This document shows, one piece after another, positions 50,941 to 62,174 of a stretch of 62,174 nucleotides of DNA. This stretch comes from Gekko japonicus. Its lineage: Eukaryota. Each line of letters starts with the position of its first letter. Position 1 is the stretch's first letter. The notes below the pieces were generated by a model, which did not search any database, was not told the DNA's origin, and was given only the letters and a program-made list of their open reading frames with translations. Location: the NCBI RefSeq assembly GCF_001447785.1, contig NW_015172565.1:1079732-1141905 (forward strand), read 5' to 3'. Made by a program: the position numbers and the translations under genes.

Positions 50941-51209
50941 TGTCATCTAAAGCACTCTTCATAGTTGAGGGGGATTAGGAATTCATCTCCCCAATCCTAA
51001 TTTGATCCAAATTCTAACTACTTCAGCATACTGGGTCAATCATAACTATTGTTTGGCTATTATATGTAGTCCTGGGTACACCATATTTTAAAAGGCCATG
51101 GATTAAAATTGAAAACCACAATTATGATAATAGATTTAGTGAAATGACCACCCACTAATGGAAGGGCAAGATTACAAGCGGATTGTGAAGACATGAAGCT
51201 GTTTTATAT

Positions 51210-51390
51210 GGAACCACGCTCATGGTCTGTCAGGCCAATGTTGTCCACTCTTACTGACAGTGAGTCTCCAGGGTCTCAGGAATAAGTCTTTTAAATCACT
51301 TACTACCTGCTCTTTTTATAACTGGAGATGCCGGGGATTGAAGCGGGGACCTTCTGAATGGAAAACAGATAGTCTATCAGTGAGCCACAC
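51210..51390 (-). mobile_element. tRNA-derived SINE fragment
   Basis: Minus-strand box A/B-like head (GTGGCTCA...GGTCCCCGCTTCAATCCCCGGCATCTCCAG). Confidence 0.5.
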
Positions 51391-52374
51391 AACCCCTCTT
51401 CTCATTGTCTTAGAGACTCTAACATTATTTATTGGTTTACTCTGTGCTCTGTTGAACCAGATGTACCCTTGGAATTCAGTGATGGAATATAATTCCCAGG
51501 CATGTGGGAGACCAATGTGAGCACACTACAGGAGGAGAAGGGGTTTAAACCTTCTCTCCCACCTCCACCAACATTTTCTCTACTTGGAACAATCCCAGGG
51601 AACCATTACTTGCCTGACTGGGATATGTGTCAGGGGCTACATGGAAACTAGTGTAATGTTTAGTTAGTCACTGACCGGCTATTGAACTAGTACTGAATTT
51701 CAAACCACACCCATTCAAAACATTTTGCATGTTTGAAACATTTCTTGGATTTCAAGCTAAACATAAATTAAAGCTTCAAATTAAGAAAAACATGAGTTTT
51801 AGTGAGGTTTCACCTGAAATCAGTAGTAAATCGTTTTTCACAGATGGACATCTGGATGGAAAAACTGGATTTTCTTTGCAAAAACTGTGTTGATAGCCAC
51901 CATTCAAAATTTATAAGATTTATAATTTTCATTGACAGTATAATAGGGCTGTTGGATGACTGCAATCCTATGTAAACATACCTGAGTGTAACTTCCATTG
52001 AACTAAGAAGGACTTACTTTTAACACCCTAGGCTAGTCCAATCTTGTCAGATCTTGGAAGCTAAGCAGCCCAGCTCGCCCAGGCTTCTTGCCTCCTGCTG
52101 CCTTGGCCCTCTGGTGCACGGGTGAGTCCCCAAAGTTTGACTCTTCCTCTACAAGTCTCTGGCGCTGGAGGTATTCGTCTCCTTCCCTCCTGCCTGCTAT
52201 GGCTGCAAAATTGTGTAAGAGATTTCTTAACAAAGGCCCTGTTCATACGAGGGGTTTTGGTCCGGGAGCGAGACAGAACGGGGGCGGAGAAAACGGGGGC
52301 GGAGCAAACGGGCGCGATCCCACGGCAACATCTGGGAATCGTTGCCTGCCCATCCCCGATCCGTCCCTCCCGCC

Positions 52375-52693
52375 CGAAAACATCAACTACCTCAGATATG
52401 CAGATGATACCACTCTAATGGCAGAAAGTGAAGAGGACCTAAAGAGCTTATGGTGAAAGAGGAGAGTGCAAAGGTTGGCTTGAAACTCTACATCAAAAAA
52501 ACTCTAAGATCATGGCATCCAGCCCCATCACTCCTTGGCAAATAGAAGGGGATGGTTAAACAGTGTTATCAATGCAACGAACATGAAATTAAGCAAACTC
52601 CGGAGCATGACAGAAGACAGGAGGGCCTGGCGTGATGTGGTCCATGGGGTCGTGAAGAATTGGGTTTAACTGTGTGACTGAACAACAACAACA
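52375..52693 (+). mobile_element. RTE/BovB fragment with a large internal deletion
   Basis: NINYLRYADDTTLMAESEEDLKSL joined directly to a BovB-like 3' end with a (CAA)n tail. Confidence 0.85.
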
Positions 52694-53419
52694 AAGTCTC
52701 TACACTTCTTTGAGAATTTGATTCATTACTGACTATATTCAGAGGCAGCAAAATTACAGGAAGTGTAGATTTAACAGCTAAACATGATGCAATCTGACAC
52801 ACCTAACAAATGTCTGACAGTCTTTTTAATTAAACTATTCTGTTCTTGATCTAATTATATTCCCTGTTTTTCTTTGAAGTTCAATGAAATGTGGATGCAC
52901 ACATGAACATGATACACATACATGCAAATTAATGGGAGATCAGTGGTTCCCATAATGGAACTTAATATAACTCTATCACCAATCCTGAGTACATTTATGT
53001 AGGATCCAAGATCAAATGAAGATTTGGGTGAGGGCCAGAAGTGTGAAATGAGGGATGGCCCATGTCAGTAGTCATAATCATGAGAACTAATGAAGTGAAA
53101 GTGAATTTTAAAATGTAGATAAAGGATAAAGATGAAGAAAATGACATTTCTTCAGTGTAGAACAAGTAGTCGCAGGAAGCATTTACAACTGATCCAAATA
53201 AGCATTTGATGAAGGACTGTGGGAGGAAACTCTTCATCATTAGATTTACAATTACACTGACTTTATAGGTCTCCTCTGTTTCAACTGTCTTCCTTCGACA
53301 ACTTACATGCTTGATTAATCAGGCTAATAAAAGCCATTCTTACCTGATCCTTCATTGTTTGATTCCCAAAGGCCATGCTTTTGGAGGGCTTAACACATTT
53401 AGAGAACTATGGCTATGTG

Positions 53420-54279
53420 GTAGGGTTAGGCACAGATCACATTTTTGCAGTTCGGTTCAGGGTGTGAGGCTGAATCACAAACCAAACCACAAATCGATGC
53501 AATGGTTCATGACCTGAGCCAGTTCGTATCAGTTTGTGAGCCATTTAAACCCCTGATTTCTGTTTTTGGCAGGGAGCAGAAAGCAGTGGTTTAAATTGTT
53601 CTGAACCTTTTTGTCACGACCCAGGTGGGGTGTCACCTGATGCTGCCACCACTCTGGATTTAGGTTCCCGTGAGAAGGTCCAGAGTACCCTCCCAAGACC
53701 TTCAGACCTCCCTTTAGGCTGAATAACGGGCATGAGGACCAGGCAGAGTAAATAGGGCTGCCAAATGCAGCCGGGGGGGCGGGGAATCCCCCGTTTCGGA
53801 GCCCCGATTCCCGGCGCGCCGGAATCGGGGCCCGGGGGAAACCCCACCCCCGTGTGCGCGTCACCCGGAAGTGACGTCGCACGCTGGGGCTGGGGCCACG
53901 CGATTTGAGGGGAAAACAAAGAGTTTTCCCCTCAAATGGCAGCCATTTGAGGGGAAAACTCTTTGTTTTCCCCTCAAATCGCGTGGCCCCGTCCCCAGCG
54001 TGCGACATCACTTCCGGGTGATGTGCACGCTGCGCGCACTCGCGCGCTACGCGCGCACACACACACCCAGGATTGTCCGGGAGCCCCCCGCTGGGTGGCA
54101 CAGCCCAGATCATGACACTTTTAAACCAAACAAGCTGAGCTGTGTGGGAGCTCTTCACAAAGCACCAAGAACTGCATCAAAATTCATGGAAGTTCATGGC
54201 AGCTCTTCAGTCTGTGAACCATGAACTGCCCAAAATTTATGACGAACTTTAATTTGTGAGCTGGTTCGTGCCCATCCCT
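53420..54279. mobile_element. Nested non-autonomous DNA transposons
   Basis: Outer ends TAGGGTTAGGCAC / GTGCCCATCCCTA. An inner GC-rich element TAGGGCTGCCA...TGGCA (about 53753-54103) has a palindromic core. Confidence 0.6.
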
Positions 54280-55587
54280 ATTGCTAGGACTCTTAGATCA
54301 CTGCCTTCAGGCAAGTCAACCTCACTAGCCCTGCAGTCTGGCAATGCACAATTCACACAGAAAAAGGATATGCCTATATGGCTTGGGTGGGCATCAGCTA
54401 CTGCATCCTCATGGCAAGAGTTCTCTGTTTGAAATTCATTGTTGCTACAAATGCAGAGGTGTGCACATTTGGCAATGGAGCTTCTACATGTGCTCACTTT
54501 TCTCCATCAACTGACATTCCTCCCTGCATTTTTCTACTGTGTGCCACCAGCATGCTTAAGAAACCCCAGTAACTGTTACAGCCCTATAGTGGTGCAGTGT
54601 GCATGTGTGTGTGTGCGCACACACATGTGTGAGCTAGCAAGGAAAAATGAGGCTGATGTGGGCAAGACCTTTGAAAATATGAACTTTCCCATCCAAACAG
54701 CATGATAACATGCTCGGACTCTGCTCATTTAACATAATTGAAAAACAGGTTTGAGAAAGAGCATATAAAGTGCAGTGATTGTTGAATCCAATTAGAGCAT
54801 GATGTCATTTGGATGCTCCCCCCAAAGTGCTCCCGTCTGAAAGACAAAGTCTGATGGTAGACAAAGGAGGAATTGTTGGGGTCATGTTTACACTGGTGGA
54901 GGTCCTGCTATCTTGCCTTCCCAGTTGGAATTTGTGAGAAATTGATCTTTGTGAGAAATTGATCTTTGAGCGGGAATAAAATGGCACAAGGAACCCCACA
55001 CCACTATCACTCATGTTGGTGCATACTCTTTTCCTCAGTCCCACAATCAATTCCAACAATAGTGCAGACAAAAGCAAGTTAGATACAACACATGACATAG
55101 GAAGGTTCATACGAACCTTGGACTAGAGACATGATACTCTGGGGTTTGAGGGGGAGCAGAATTATTATCTATGCTGTGCACAGAAATCTCAGTTCTATTC
55201 ACAGGTTTTTCAGGTACCTCAAAAACCTGCCAAATCGGTTTGATTAGAGGCACTGCATTGGGGCTGTGTATGGTACATCTCCCGGGATCCTCAAAGCTCC
55301 CTGCATGGGTGTGTGTCATACTAAGAACTAACTTTATTCATACCAGGAACAGTTGGTATGTGGCATCAAGTTGATCCGTTTGGATGGTCAAGGAAGATGT
55401 CATGTTTTCTGTCTATCCAGGAGCTTGCTGTGTCTTCTAAACTAGCAAGTCTGGGTGTTGTATCATGCTGTACACACTGAGCCAGAAAGTCTTTCACATC
55501 ACAGGGACAGACTTCACGGTGTGGCTTTTGGGAATGTATCACACAGGATTTCTGACACACAACATATAATTAATTTATATATATATA

Positions 55588-55784
55588 NNNNNNNNNNNNN
55601 NNNNNNNNNNNNNNNNNNNNNNNNNNNNNNNNNNNNNNNNNNNNNNNNNNNNNNNNNNNNNNNNNNNNNNNNNNNNNNNNNNNNNNNNNNNNNNNNNNNN
55701 NNNNNNNNNNNNNNNNNNNNNNNNNNNNNNNNNNNNNNNNNNNNNNNNNNNNNNNNNNNNNNNNNNNNNNNNNNNNNNNNNNNN
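55588..55784. other. Assembly gap (others at about 3634-3678, 34877-34982 and 42603-42767)
   Basis: Runs of N. Confidence 0.99.
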
Positions 55785-56093
55785 ATATACACACACACAC
55801 ACATATATATATATATGCAGTCCATCACCACAAGAGTTAGTGATAAACATAAACAAAAGATGGCTTTTGAAAAGGATTAGATTGATCCATGGAGCATACC
55901 ATTATCAGTTGCTGAATGGGTCTTTCATGTTTAGAGGGATGCTGGCAACAGATGCTGAGGACAGACAGACAGTCCAGTGCCTTGATGCCTGGCTTGTGAG
56001 TGTCATAGAAGCGTCTAGCTGGCAACTTTTGTCCTGATACCACACCCATTTTTTATACTTCTATACTTCTTTTTTATACTTTTATACTTCTAT

Positions 56094-56381
56094 TGTTGTA
56101 TATGAAATGGAATGTAATGAATGTACTGAGCTTGAGCCTGACCAAGGTATTGTAAACCGACCAATCAGAACAAAGGAAGTTCTGGAGGGAAGCAAAGTGA
56201 TTGGTCTTATGTACTGTATTTGATTGAACCTTATCTGACATGTGGGCGTGGCTTGCCAAGCCCGGACTTTCTAAAAAGGAGCCTGTTGCTCCATAGTTTG
56301 TCTCGTTCTGGTTCTTCTGACTTTGTGTTCAATAAAGCTGTTATCACTGTTCACCTGCTGCCTCGAGTCTTGTATCTAACA
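56094..56381 (+). repeat. 5' LTR of the Gypsy element
   Basis: TGTTG...CTAACA with AATAAA; about 95% identical (roughly 15 differences by eye) to 61540-61826. Confidence 0.92.
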
Positions 56382-56383
56382 AT

Positions 56384-56402
56384 TGGCGATGAAGGTGGGA
56401 TT
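56384..56402 (+). promoter_or_regulatory. Primer binding site, probably tRNA-Ser(GCT)
   Basis: TGGCGATGAAGGTGGGATT lies 2 nt after the LTR. It matches 16/19 positions of the complement of the vertebrate tRNA-Ser(GCT) 3' end as recalled (TGGCGACGAGGATGGGATT). Confidence 0.7.
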
Positions 56403-57334
56403 ATAGAGCGGGTAGGCAGCCCCACTGAACCGACGCCAGGATGGCAGACGACCGAGAAGCCCCAGAAGGACCCAGGGCAGAAGAACAAGACCCAGCTGAT
56501 CAAGCAGCTGCAGCACCTGTGCGTGCCAGCACAAAGAGCAGTGATGGCCGTCAACCCACAGTTCGAGGCATTCAAACCCAACCTCGAGGACTGGGATTCC
56601 TACCTGACCAGGTTCGAGTTCCACCTCCAGGCAAACCAGATCAAGGGTGAGGACCAGCAGAAGGCGACGCTCCTCAGCTCCTGCAGAAGGGCTGTCTTCA
56701 ACGTTGCCCGGTCCCTGGTCGCCCCGGCTGAAATCAAAACCATGTCCCTGGCTGAACTCAAACTGAAACTGCAGGGGCATTTCGCACCGCAACCCTTGCA
56801 GATCGCTTGCCAACACGTATTCTACAAGTGATCCTAGGCCGTGAACGAGACGGTTGCTGAGTACGTATCGGCCTTGCAGAAGGCTGCATGCCCGTGCAAC
56901 TTCACCAACCTCGAGGAAGCGCTCCTCGACCGACTCGTCTGTGGCATGAGGGACGAGAAGCTACAGCAACGATTGTTCGCACGGATGGCTCTCACCTATG
57001 CTGTGGCCTACTCCGAGGCTATCGCCGCTGAAGCCACTGAGAAAGCAACCCAAGAAGTGCGTCAAAACCTGGTCCTAATCCAACAGGGGGCCAACAAAGC
57101 CGTACACCATGAATCAACGAGCAAGTCTGATGGTGAGCGTGATGACGTCAACCATTCTCGTACTCTGAGGCCCAAGCGGACCCAAGTGAAAACTGCGCTG
57201 AGGCGAACCTGTGCTGGATGCGGTGGAGATCATGAGTCGGATTGATGCTGGGCGAAGGACATCGTCTGCCAGTCCTGTGACAAGTGAGGCCATTTGGCCA
57301 GAGTCTGCAGGGCCAAGAGGAAGAAGACACCACC

Positions 57335-58423
57335 GTCGTCTCCTTGTGCAAGCTGTTACCATGTGTGCTTGTATTTGCATTTTGTCTGTATTGTGCTTAT
57401 GAGGTATTGCTCAAATGTCTATGTATCTGTGCCTTTGGGAACTCAGGGCTCATTGCTATGTGTGTTTGCTGCTATGTGTTTGTATGGCTGGCCTTTCACC
57501 TCATGCTGCCCACGGATGGGCATTGCTGAGATGCCTGCCCCAGAGCACATGCGTCCCTGGAATTTCTCGGGGGGCCTCTGGTCAGAGGAGGTCACCTCCA
57601 GTATGCACAAGGAGACATTTGGAGAAGCAACAGGCGCGACCACCATTGATGGATTGTGGGAAAGCACCAACTCCCTCTTTGCTATCTGGTTTGGGCATCA
57701 AAAGACAACACTGTTTATGACTTTGGACCAGCAACATCTCAGCAAGTCAAAAGGTTGCCAATGGAAACGGAGGCCCACACTTCACCACATGGCCCCCGCT
57801 TTGATGTAGGATAGAATATCCTCATATTGCCCCCTGCCCCTTCATTAGGACGTCATCCCCTTGTGGACCTATAGCCATAGAGTAGAGGACGGACCCCAGG
57901 GTTTATGGCAGGTAAGGCCATGCCCAGAACAGAGCTGTTAAAAAGAGAAACACGGTTTTGTTTCTCTCTCTCTCTCTCTCTCCTCTTCTTCTTCCCCTTA
58001 GCGTGCACTAAAGTGCCTCAGGTGACTCTCTAAGTTCCCCGGAGTCGCGACCAGGGAACGCGCACGTGGCTTGGCTGGACCAGCCTCTGTGTGTTCAGAG
58101 TTCACCAGTTGATACATTAGTTGCCCTTCTTCCTAAGAGGAGATTTCTTCTCAGCGGACCTCAGATAAGTATAATCGCCTACCTGTGAAGTCATCCCCCT
58201 TATTTGATGCTTTTGTTATTTTCCATGCTGTATGTGTCTATTTCCTATTGTAACTAAGGAGCTTGTGCGAATCTCGTATGTATCTGTTTTTGTATGTCTG
58301 AAGAAACTGCTTTAGTAAAGGCAACATTGATTCATAAAACCTAGAGTGTTGTCTGACTTCCTGGGAAATAGCGAGCTTCCAGCACCAATCTGACCTCTGG
58401 ATACATGGGTTAGAACTCACGCA
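57335..58423 (+). mobile_element. Probable solo LTR (~1.1 kb) inserted between Gypsy gag and protease
   Basis: Non-coding interruption of gag-pol with a TATA-like TTAAAAAG, a (TC)n tract, AGTAAA, and a CA end. Imperfect flanks CCACC/CCGCC. The 5' TG is not clean. Confidence 0.5.
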
Positions 58424-59275
58424 CCGCCCACCCTCTGTAAACAGAGCTGACCTGGGCTCCCGGAACCGTCTTTGGACCGGTTCGGGTAACAAAGCCCCTG
58501 GGTTCGAGGCAATGACAACACGAGGTCTACAGATTGGCATCTGACCAACTGCTGTTCCTGCCCTTCGACCATCCTGAGGACCGGATCGTGAGCAAAGAAG
58601 AAGATCCACGTCACTGTCTTGCTGAATGGTGTACCGTGCGAGATGGAGGTCGACTCGGGATCGTCAGTGACCGTCATTTCGTCGGAAACCTTGCAACGTT
58701 TGTTTCCACGATGGAGCCGTCGGCGTTTGCAGCCGAGCACCATCCACCTTTCCGATTTTCAGGAAAGGCGCATCCCTGTGGCCAGCGAAGCCACATTTGA
58801 GGTACAATTCAAAGGGTTCAAGGAGTCTCTGAGTCTCCTTGTTGCCGAGGGGCGCCGAGCCAGTCTGTTGGGCTTAGACTGGTTTGAGGCCCTCGGAATT
58901 GCAATCAGTGGTATTAACCAAGTCAATGTAAATAAATTGAATTCATTGTATGTGGAATTTGCAGATGTTTTTGATGGTACGCTGGGAATGTAACCTGTAA
59001 CGTTTGACCTAGATCCTGCTGTAGCGCCTATACGGCTTAAGTATCGCAAGGTACTGATTTCTCTGAAACCGCGTATAGAGTCCGAGCTGGACAAACTCGT
59101 GGCTCAAGGTGTGCTTGAACCAGTGTCACACTCAAAATGGGAGACCCCTATCCTGACACCAGTAAAGCCTGATGGGTCTATCCGAATATGTGCTGATTAC
59201 AAATGCACAATCAACAAGGCTCTGCAGCAGCACTCTTACCCAGTCCCCATAATTAGTCATGTGTTGGCATCATTA

Positions 59276-59615
59276 AAAGGTAAAGGTTCCCTTCCTCGAA
59301 AGCCAGTTGAATCCGACTCTAGGATTGCGGTGCTCATCTCCGTTTCAAAGCCGAAGAGCCAGCGCTGTCCAAAGATGTTTCCGTGGTCATGTGGCCGGCA
59401 TGACTAAACACCAAGGTGCACGGAACGCTGTTACCTTCCCACCAAAGTGGTACCTATTTATCTACTTGCAATTTCTTGCTTTCGAACTGCTAGGTTGGCA
59501 GGAGCTGGAACTAGGGAGCTCACTCCATCATGCGGTACCCGGGTCTTGAACTGCTGAACTACTGACCTTCCACAGCCTGCAGTTCAGCATCTTAACCACT
59601 TGAGCCACCGCAGCT
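59276..59615 (-). mobile_element. Sauria-type SINE inserted in the Gypsy RT
   Basis: (ACCTTT)n tail on the minus strand, Sauria-SINE-like body and tRNA-like head. 8-bp TSD CATCATTA at 59268-59275 and 59616-59623. The RT frame resumes afterwards as GKGKVFAKLDLAQAY. Confidence 0.85.
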
Positions 59616-61539
59616 CATCATTAGGGAAGGGTAAAGTCTTCGCCAAATTAGATCTGGCTCAGGCTTATCAGTAGCTGCCAGTAGACCCGAAGCCTGGCTC
59701 TAAGAAGGAACTGCAATCCTTCTTAGGTATTTTGAACTTCTATCACGCCTTCCTGCCACATAAAGCGTCAATAGCCGAACCATTCCATCACCTCCTCAAC
59801 AAGGGGGCGAAGTGGGAATGGGGCCCTCAGCACGACCAAACTTCTACTGCTATTAAATCATTGTTGTCATCCGATGCTGTCCTGACCCACTACGATGAAT
59901 CCAAGCGATTGGTGTTGGCGGCGGATGCGTCCCCGTATGGCGTGGGGGCTGTGTTGAGCCATGTGCTGGCAAACAGCAGGGAAGCGCCGATTGCTTATTA
60001 CTCTCGGACACTCATCGATAGGGAGGGGTTGGCGCTAGTGGCCAGCGTAAAAAAGTTCCATGACTTTTTATATGGAAGACCGTTTATTATGGTCACGGAC
60101 CACAAGCCCCTCCTTGGGATCTTTGCACCTGACAGCCAGACGCTCAATGTCTTGTCTGCGTGGATGTTGCGCTGGATGGTATTTTTATCCGCCTATGACT
60201 ATGTCCTGCAGCACCAGCCAGGAAAGAACATGGGGCATGCCGACGCCCGAAGCCGCTGCCCCCTGCCAGAACTGGACAGTGACCCTGCACCGGCTTTCAA
60301 GGTGATGGCCTTCGAAGAACTGGCCAAACCTCCGGTGCACGCGTCGGACGTTGCGACCGCCTCCGCCTGGGACCCCACCATCACCAAGGTTCTTAACTTG
60401 GTATGGAGGGGGTGGACGGTGGGGCATGTCGATGACTGTTTCAAGCCGTTTGCATCACGGCAAAATGAATTATCTATGCACCGGGAATGCTTACTCTGGG
60501 GTAACAGGGTGGTGGTTCCCCCTAAGTTACGGGACCAAGTATTAGAGACTCTGCACAAATGCCACCCCGGCATCGTGCGTATGAAGGGACTGGCCAGAGG
60601 GTATTTCTGGTGGCCGAAAATCGACACGGACATAGAGTCCTGGGTCCAGAAATGCCAGGAATGTCAGTTGTCTCGGCCTGATCCTCCACATGCACCGGTA
60701 ACCCCATGGGAAAAGTGTCACCGCCCCTGCTCCCACGTCCATGTAGATTTTGCGGGCCCTTTTCAGGGGCAGATCTTTTTAATTGCGCACAGCACGTCCG
60801 CACCATTCTACCCGGCAACCAACGGGCAAGCCGAAAGAATGGTGCGGACTACAAAGGAGACTTTGGGCCATTTGGTGCAGTGAAACTGGGGGCAGAAGGT
60901 GGCGTCTTTCCTACTGCATCAACACGTCACGCCGCACTCCATGACAGGGTGGAGTCCGGCGGAGCTGCTTATGGGTCGGCACCTAACGACATTGTTAGAC
61001 CGTATGCACCTGGACTTAACATCAGCCAGGCCACTGACCAACCCAGGGTGTTTGTTGAAGGGGAGAGTGTATATGCAAGGAACTACGGTAGCAGACACAA
61101 GTGGTTACCAGGCACAGTAAACCATGTCCTCGGGTCCCGCCATTATACTGTGAAAGTAAATGATGGTAGAGTAATGAAGTGCCATGTAGATCAGTTGCGC
61201 AAGTGGTGGGCTGACTCAGTCCCTGATTCCCTTCCCCAGGTGGCCGACGTACCTGACTCGGACAGTCAGGTAGAGTCTCTGGACTCCGAACAGACTGAGG
61301 GCTTCCAAGCACTGGAACCCCAGGCATAGTCGAGGGCGAGCAGAGCCATGGCTATGCGAATCGGCCACGGACACTCAGTCCCATAAGGAATCAAACCGAG
61401 CCCACTCACAGGGAGTCCGAAGCTCTTCCTCCTATCCCACCAACGGTAAATATCAGACGATCCCAACGGGTCAAGGAGCATCCTGCTTACTTGAAAGATT
61501 ATGGCTGTTCAAGGGTTGTCTCGTCTTAGGGGGGAGGAT

Positions 61540-61826
61540 TGTTGTGTCGAAATGGAATGTAATGAAGTATTGAGCTTGAGCCTGACCAAGGTATTGTAAA
61601 CCGACCTATCAGAACAAAGGAAGTTCTGGAGGGAAGCAAAGTGATTGGTCTTTATGTACTGTATTTGATTGAACCTTATCTGACATGCGGGCGTGGCTTG
61701 CCAAGCCCGGACTGTTTAAAAAGGAGCCTGTTGCTCCGTAGGTTGTCTCGTTTTGGTTCTTCTGACTTCGTGTTCAATAAAGCGGTTATCACTGTTCACC
61801 TGCTGCCTCGAGTCTTGTATCTAACA
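61540..61826 (+). repeat. 3' LTR of the Gypsy element
   Basis: Direct repeat of 56094-56381, preceded by a polypurine tract. Confidence 0.92.
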
Positions 61827-62174
61827 CCTATAAAAGTGAAAAGAGAAACAGAGATACTTCTGTGCTTGGAATGGAACTTTTTGCCTTTGGGCAATCACAT
61901 GAGATGATTTGGTCTGTTATCCAACTGGGCTTTCGCCAGGTGTTATTAAAGCCATAGACCTTGGAGTGAGCAGGGAAGAAACTTGGATAGAATGAAGAGG
62001 TGGAGAAACAGGGAGTGGATTCAGGATTGCAGGAAGCTGGGAGTGCATTGTAAAGGCATAAGTGTGGGTGAAAGTGAAAGTGGCCTTCTTTTTCAGTCAG
62101 TGGTTCATTTTTGGTGCTTTCTTCCCATCCCTGCACAGTAGTCCTAGGCAGGCGCGTAATCTGCAGGGGGGCTG

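Larger units (their letters stand above)
56094..61826 (+). mobile_element. Ty3/Gypsy (Mag/K02A2.6-like) LTR retrotransposon, full-length but decayed
   Basis: Two TG...CA LTRs, PBS, PPT (AGGGGGGAGGA at about 61528-61538), TSD TCTAT/CCTAT. Gag (WDSYLTRFEFHLQAN; double Cys-His knuckle), protease (EVDSGS), RT (KPDGSIRICADYK), RNase H (ADASPYGVGAVL), integrase (H..H..C..C, HVDFAGPF, NGQAERMV). Confidence 0.93.

Noticed and set aside
53529-54224. Mirror-image ORFs on both strands (209 aa and 117 aa)
   Set aside because: They are a by-product of the DNA palindrome, not protein-coding genes.
33000-56000. Expected downstream neighbour (GPRC5A-like gene, by synteny)
   Set aside because: No 7-TM coding exon is visible, and a non-coding first exon cannot be supported from sequence alone.

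Overview
This is vertebrate genomic DNA, most likely a squamate and probably a gecko, judging from Squam3-like, Sauria-like and 5S-derived SINEs. It carries the syntenic gene pair APOLD1 (one coding exon, 2695-3462) and DDX47 (12 coding exons, 19896-32103, 446 aa, all GT-AG), both on the + strand. The rest is a dense, nested transposon landscape: L2, CR1, L1, BovB and R4/Dong LINE fragments, hAT- and Tc1/pogo-type MITEs, two solo LTRs, and a degenerate full-length Ty3/Gypsy provirus (56094-61826). The most interesting object is a 3.8-kb Neptune-type Penelope-like element (PLE) at 13869-17672. It is circularly permuted: exactly one 3740-bp unit plus an identical 64-bp terminal redundancy, flanked by an 11-bp TSD. 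It contains a U3-A8 variant hammerhead ribozyme candidate and candidate retained introns. Its upstream coiled-coil-like ORF1 overlaps the RT/GIY-YIG ORF at a T TTT TTA slippery heptamer, which suggests a programmed -1 frameshift and possibly a ribozyme-generated circular RNA intermediate. At least four further PLE-derived relics are present, one with a minimal hammerhead. All calls were made by eye; no database searches were run.
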